IMG/VR virus record: IMGVR_UViG_3300032397_003421
Source of the DNA: an uncultured virus (IMG/VR IMGVR_UViG_3300032397_003421)
Taxonomy: Duplodnaviria; Heunggongvirae; Uroviricota; Caudoviricetes
Length of the DNA: 20,000 bases
Strand: one strand, 5' to 3'
Each line of letters opens with the position of its first letter. The first letter of the stretch is position 1. The position numbers were made by a program, and so were the translations under genes. The notes beneath the pieces are model-generated. The model had not been told where the DNA came from. It made no database searches and worked only from the letters and a program-made list of their open reading frames with translations. This document shows positions 15,911 through 20,000 of the stretch, piece by piece.

Positions 15911-16315
15911 TTATTTATTCTCCTTTTTAGTTGTAGTATAAGAATAAGAAATATAAGTTTCTATATTAAATTCATTTCCACAATTACTACATTCTATATT
16001 CTCATCTCCATCATTATAAAAATAAGAACTTTCACTATCTGGTTTATGCAAATAACCACAATATGGACAAATTGCTCCATCATCACTATATTGATAATCA
16101 TCCTCTTCATGTTCTTTTTGGAAGTTTTCTATTTCAGATTGTATTCTTTTCTCTTCACAATCTTGACATCTAAATCCACCAAGAGTTCCCCATCGATTCA
16201 TAGTACCTAATTCTAAAGTGTGTTTTCCACAAGACAAACATACGTCATGTTTTTCACATCTATTAAAATATTCTGGTTTTGTTTCATCACATATATAACA
16301 TTTTTTATCTTTCAT
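15911..16315 (-). CDS. Multi-zinc-finger hypothetical protein
   Basis: CYIC, CEKH, CLSC, CQDC, CPYC, CSNC pairs. Confidence 0.75.
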   Translation of the reverse strand: MKDKKCYICDETKPEYFNRCEKHDVCLSCGKHTLELGTMNRWGTLGGFRCQDCEEKRIQSEIENFQKEHEEDDYQYSDDGAICPYCGYLHKPDSESSYFYNDGDENIECSNCGNEFNIETYISYSYTTTKKENK

Positions 16316-16354
16316 TTTTTATTCTTCCTTGTTATTTTCTTTATCTATTATTTA

Positions 16355-16424
16355 GTGAACTAAATACAACTCTAACTATATTTATTTTATTTTATTTTTG
16401 AAATCGGTGAACCAAACATAACTC
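16355..16424. repeat. Two 18-bp direct repeats GTGAACYAAAYAYAACTC; third degenerate copy at 11584-11600
   Basis: 16355-16372 gtgaactaaatacaactc; 16407-16424 gtgaaccaaacataactc (15/18); 11584-11600 gtgaactaacataattc. Confidence 0.6.
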
Positions 16425-16475
16425 ATCAATTGGTTTTATTTTATTTTTTCCTTATTTAATTTAATTTTATTTATA

Positions 16476-16529
16476 ATATATAAAATACTTTTAAAAAATT
16501 AAATTATTTTTTAAAAGTATTTTATATAT
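16476..16529. repeat. Perfect 24-bp inverted repeat overlapping copy 2 of the 37-bp promoter-like element
   Basis: atatataaaatacttttaaaaaat (16476-16499), 6-nt loop, attttttaaaagtattttatatat (16506-16529), immediately after the glycosyltransferase stop codon. Confidence 0.8.
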
Positions 16530-16530
16530 A

Positions 16531-17805
16531 TTAGGCTGTTCTTTTAATACTTAATTTATTAAATATATCTATTTTATTTATAATATTAAAATCTAATATA
16601 GTTTCTAATTGAGTATATACATTTTCCCAAAGGTATTTTTGTCCTTCTTCTTGATTTCTTTTTTTAATAATATCTAATTCAGTTAAATTTAATTGAATTA
16701 CTTCTAACATTTTTTCAACTGTTTCATTTATATTGGGTATTTTCCAATCACAGAAATAATTATTTGGTCTTATAGTAGCAACACTTGATATAGGAAAACC
16801 AAAATCTTGTATATATTGTGATATACCACCTACATTATGATATATAATAGGAAGACCATTTATCATTGCTTCCATAAATCCATATCCAAACCCTTCTGCA
16901 AGAGGCAATCCTATATAGCAATTACAACATCGATATCTTTTATATAATTCTCTTTTTGATATTTGTTCAGGCTTAGATAGTATAATATTATCTGATATTT
17001 TCAATTCATAAATCATAGATTTTATATCAGTTCCTGCATCTACTGTATCTACCATTCCATGAAGATACAATTTATATTTTTCTTTATTATCTACTTTTTG
17101 TAAAAATTTATAAAAAGCTTCTATGACAAAATCTAATCCTTTTCTATTGAAATTATGTCCAACTGTAATAAAAACAAAATCATCCTCTTTAATTGCTCCA
17201 CGAAAAACTAATTGTTTAGTTAATTCTTCTTCTTCAAAATAAAAATTATCTAACCCATTTGGTAAAGATTCTAAAGTATTAGCTCCAAATTTATTTAATT
17301 GTATTTTACCAACTTCATTATAAGCAATAGAATAATCTATATTTTTACATATATCACTTAAAGATTTTCTTATATTTGGATCTATTTGTGTTGGATTAAT
17401 TACATATCCAGAATAGAAATCACTTTCTATTGGACAATATGCTATCCATGTAAATGTATCTCTATATGCAGATAATATGATATTTTCAAATTGCCATAAA
17501 TCATGAATTGTTAAAACTATATTAGGTTTAAATTCTTTTATACAATCATTTAAGATAGTTAAAGAATCTTGTTTTTTATTTTGACAATTATAAATTTTTG
17601 AATCAAATAAATTTTCATAAAAGAAATGCCCTTTATTAGGAAGATCATTTATCGTACAATCTTCTCCACTCAAAATGCAATAATTTACTAAATATTCTTT
17701 TTGAATAAAAAAATTACATAAATTCAAAGCTACATATGATAAACCAGTTATATTCTTAAATGAATCACTACATATTAATATTCGAGGACTATTTTTAGAT
17801 TTCAA
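16531..17805 (-). CDS. GT-B fold glycosyltransferase (GT4-like)
   Basis: TGLSYVA, PNIVLTIHDLW, LPNGLD, FITVGHNFNRKG, AEGFGYGFMEAMINGLPII (E-x7-E motif). TTG start with AGGAG RBS. Confidence 0.9.
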   Translation of the reverse strand: MKSKNSPRILICSDSFKNITGLSYVALNLCNFFIQKEYLVNYCILSGEDCTINDLPNKGHFFYENLFDSKIYNCQNKKQDSLTILNDCIKEFKPNIVLTIHDLWQFENIILSAYRDTFTWIAYCPIESDFYSGYVINPTQIDPNIRKSLSDICKNIDYSIAYNEVGKIQLNKFGANTLESLPNGLDNFYFEEEELTKQLVFRGAIKEDDFVFITVGHNFNRKGLDFVIEAFYKFLQKVDNKEKYKLYLHGMVDTVDAGTDIKSMIYELKISDNIILSKPEQISKRELYKRYRCCNCYIGLPLAEGFGYGFMEAMINGLPIIYHNVGGISQYIQDFGFPISSVATIRPNNYFCDWKIPNINETVEKMLEVIQLNLTELDIIKKRNQEEGQKYLWENVYTQLETILDFNIINKIDIFNKLSIKRTA

Positions 17806-17831
17806 AAAATTCTCCTAATGATCTATTTTTT

Positions 17832-17863
17832 AAAAAAACTCCTTTATATTTCAAAAGGAGTTT
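17832..17863 (-). terminator. Rho-independent terminator after the 17874-18155 gene
   Basis: 10-bp stem aaactccttt (17836-17845) / aaaggagttt (17854-17863) running into a U-tract on the minus strand. Confidence 0.75.
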
Positions 17864-17873
17864 AACTGGTGGG

Positions 17874-18155
17874 TTACACGTAAGTACCTATAATAGTAAC
17901 TACATCCCCTGCTGTGAGAACATAATCGGAACTATTATTATAAATAACAACTGCTCCTGATGCAGTACTATATGCATGTTTTGTTTTAAACGAATAATCT
18001 ACTTCTCCTCTTTTAATTCCAAGTGTATATGCAAAAGGATCTGTTGCATGTGCTGGAACTCCTGTACCTACAAACATAATTTTTTTTGTAGCTGTTACTT
18101 CTGCAGCAGTTACAGTGTCTTGAAGAGTTTTAACTTTTCTCCATGTTTTAAACAT
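17874..18155 (-). CDS. Small beta-rich protein, probable virion/decoration protein (93 aa)
   Basis: ATG at 18155 with AGGGGG RBS; T/A/V/G-rich sequence ending YVLTAGDVVTIIGTYV; has its own TTACTAATAA motif and terminator. Confidence 0.6.
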   Translation of the reverse strand: MFKTWRKVKTLQDTVTAAEVTATKKIMFVGTGVPAHATDPFAYTLGIKRGEVDYSFKTKHAYSTASGAVVIYNNSSDYVLTAGDVVTIIGTYV

Positions 18156-18218
18156 TAAAAATACCCCCTGATAAAATTGTTTTATAAAACAATTAGGAAT
18201 TACTTCCATATCATTTGA

Positions 18219-18228
18219 TTATTAGTAA
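18219..18228 (-). promoter_or_regulatory. TTACTAATAA motif (putative late promoter)
   Basis: Plus strand ttattagtaa is the exact reverse complement, oriented toward the ATG at 18155. Confidence 0.6.
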
Positions 18229-18242
18229 AAAATAATTTTAAT

Positions 18243-18992
18243 TTAATTGAAAGTTATTTTATTTGAATCAAATTCATAAAAATTAGTATTATTTAAATAG
18301 TGTTTAGTATTACAACTATCTCCTCGTATTTCTTTACATCCTTCTCGAAGTAATAATTTTCTTAATATCCAATCTGGAGCATATCTTCTATATAATTTTT
18401 CACCGTCATTTATTACTTCATAAAGATTTTGTGTTATATCTATTATATTATTTAATATTTTAATAGGTAAGATGAAACAACCAAAACTATCAGACATTAC
18501 TTGTTTTTTAGATTTTATAATATATGGGATATTTATAATATATGGAATTATTTCTTTATTTTTTCTTTCAAGAATTTTACATAATTTATATATATCATTA
18601 GCATCAATTTTTATATCAGCATCAATATAAAAAATATAATCAAAAGAAGTAAGTACTTTCTTAATATTCATAAACATATATATTCTTTGTTTTGCCCATC
18701 CAACTTCATGAGCATTTTTTTCATTCATATTTTCTTTATAAATAGCATCAAAAGGTAATTTTGTAACTTGTATATTATATGTTTCAAAATTAAATAAATT
18801 CTCTTCAGGGCATTCTGTGCATGATAAAATATCTTGAAGATTTTTTGTCATTTGATTATGACAAGAAAATAATCGATAAGTAAATAAATTAGATATTTTA
18901 TTATATTTAGATGACTCCATAAAATAGTTTAAATTTTCTATTTCATGACAATTATTTTGCTCTGGAAAAAGACTCATATATAAAATTTTCAA
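18243..18992 (-). CDS. GT-A fold glycosyltransferase-like protein
   Basis: FDYIFYIDADI (DxD motif), FGCFILP, APDW, TKHY; TTG start with AAGGAG RBS. Confidence 0.7.
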   Translation of the reverse strand: MKILYMSLFPEQNNCHEIENLNYFMESSKYNKISNLFTYRLFSCHNQMTKNLQDILSCTECPEENLFNFETYNIQVTKLPFDAIYKENMNEKNAHEVGWAKQRIYMFMNIKKVLTSFDYIFYIDADIKIDANDIYKLCKILERKNKEIIPYIINIPYIIKSKKQVMSDSFGCFILPIKILNNIIDITQNLYEVINDGEKLYRRYAPDWILRKLLLREGCKEIRGDSCNTKHYLNNTNFYEFDSNKITFN

Positions 18993-19025
18993 CTTAACTT
19001 CTCCTTATAATTTAAAAATAATTGT

Positions 19026-20000
19026 TTAGTCTGAATATAGAGTATTCATAATTCGTTGTATAGCATTATCAAAATAATCTTCTTCTGCTAATTGTTCTGA
19101 TTTTTTAAGTATTTCTTCTCTATTTGAATTTAATAATTTATCATATTGATTAACTATTTTTTCTATATTCATATGATTATAAGTAAAATCTGGATAATAT
19201 TTTGAAGCATAGCACATAGTACTGCTAATATAAGGGGTTCGTGAATAAAAAGATTCTATTATCGCTCTTCCTGGTCCTGGTCTAGCATCAGGATTTATAT
19301 ATACTTTTGATTTAGATAACCAAGGAATTAATCCTCGATTATTAGTAGTTATTGCATCTTGAAATTCAATTTCAGGGTATAATGGTTGTAAAATATTTTT
19401 TCTATTTGTAGGATAAACAATTCTTTTATCTGGATATTTCTCTTTAAGCATCAACATTATTTCAATAGCAAAGGCTAATGTTATTTCATTTCTATTAATT
19501 GATCCTGATAAAAGAATATCGATATCTCTTTGTTCATATGGTAAAGAAAAATTTACCCTTTCAAGAAACATTCCCATATTTATAACTTTATGTTGATATC
19601 TACCAAAGAATTTCATGTGTGATGGAATTCCAGACATAATAATATCAACTTCCTTACATAATGCTGTATATATAATACCATTTTTATTTATTAAATTATC
19701 ACCTGTAAGAAATTTATAATCAGATGATATTGATAAGATTACTTTAGATCCATTTGCTTTAACTTTTCTAATAAATTCTATTTCATGTTCATAAGTATGT
19801 GTATAAGCTGAAAGTAAAATATATATATCAGCTGTCATATCTATATCTACATTATTTATATGACTTGCTCCACATTGTAATAATTTACCTAAAGCAATAT
19901 TGCAATCATCATTCCAAGGTGCATTAAAATTAGGAGTAGACCATCTTCCTCCTTCTATTGGTTGCATTATTAACCATTTTTTATCCCTATAATCTATCAA
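19026..20000 (-). CDS. GT-B fold glycosyltransferase-like protein (5' end may lie outside the window)
   Basis: RDIDILLSGS, WLSKSKVYINP...PGRAIIESFYSRTPYISS resemble a GT-B C-terminal nucleotide-sugar-binding domain. Confidence 0.65.
   Translation of the reverse strand: MIDYRDKKWLIMQPIEGGRWSTPNFNAPWNDDCNIALGKLLQCGASHINNVDIDMTADIYILLSAYTHTYEHEIEFIRKVKANGSKVILSISSDYKFLTGDNLINKNGIIYTALCKEVDIIMSGIPSHMKFFGRYQHKVINMGMFLERVNFSLPYEQRDIDILLSGSINRNEITLAFAIEIMLMLKEKYPDKRIVYPTNRKNILQPLYPEIEFQDAITTNNRGLIPWLSKSKVYINPDARPGPGRAIIESFYSRTPYISSTMCYASKYYPDFTYNHMNIEKIVNQYDKLLNSNREEILKKSEQLAEEDYFDNAIQRIMNTLYSD

Noticed and set aside
16355..16424. Mini CRISPR array
   Set aside because: Only two imperfect 18-bp units with a low-complexity T-rich spacer; no cas genes.
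9745..18158. Plus-strand ORFs 9745-9936, 13418-13612, 14016-14324, 15089-15337, 15297-15587, 17976-18158
   Set aside because: All are antisense to well-supported minus-strand genes and lack RBS or recognisable motifs.
1..20000. Genome-wide stop-codon reassignment (TAG to Gln)
   Set aside because: All long genes are intact under code 11, and TAG acts as an apparent stop at 10558 and 11615.

Overview
Very AT-rich, gene-dense segment of a large tailed dsDNA bacteriophage (myovirus-like, standard genetic code), in four blocks. (1) A leftward cluster (1-3124) behind a sigma70-type promoter: a small DUF4258/RelE-like ORF, a sigma-factor-like ORF, a three-domain PARP (WGR-like + helical + catalytic H-Y-E) and an ATP-dependent DNA ligase that runs off the left edge. 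(2) A rightward morphogenesis block (3285-9097): terminase large subunit, an HExxH protein, two overlapping membrane proteins, a T4 gp13-like neck protein and a GIY-YIG/NUMOD homing endonuclease. (3) A leftward mosaic accessory region (9125-16315) of small, often Cys-rich ORFs, a Lar-family protein and an RNA ligase. (4) Three glycosyltransferase-like genes flanking a small beta-rich gene. The most notable observations are the PARP-ligase pairing, a homing endonuclease that ends in a diverged copy of the neck protein C-terminus and sits behind a structured leader able to mask its RBS, a recurring TTACTAATAA late-promoter-like motif, and an otherwise intact gene with an in-frame amber codon. 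All family calls come from motif recognition by eye; no database searches were run.
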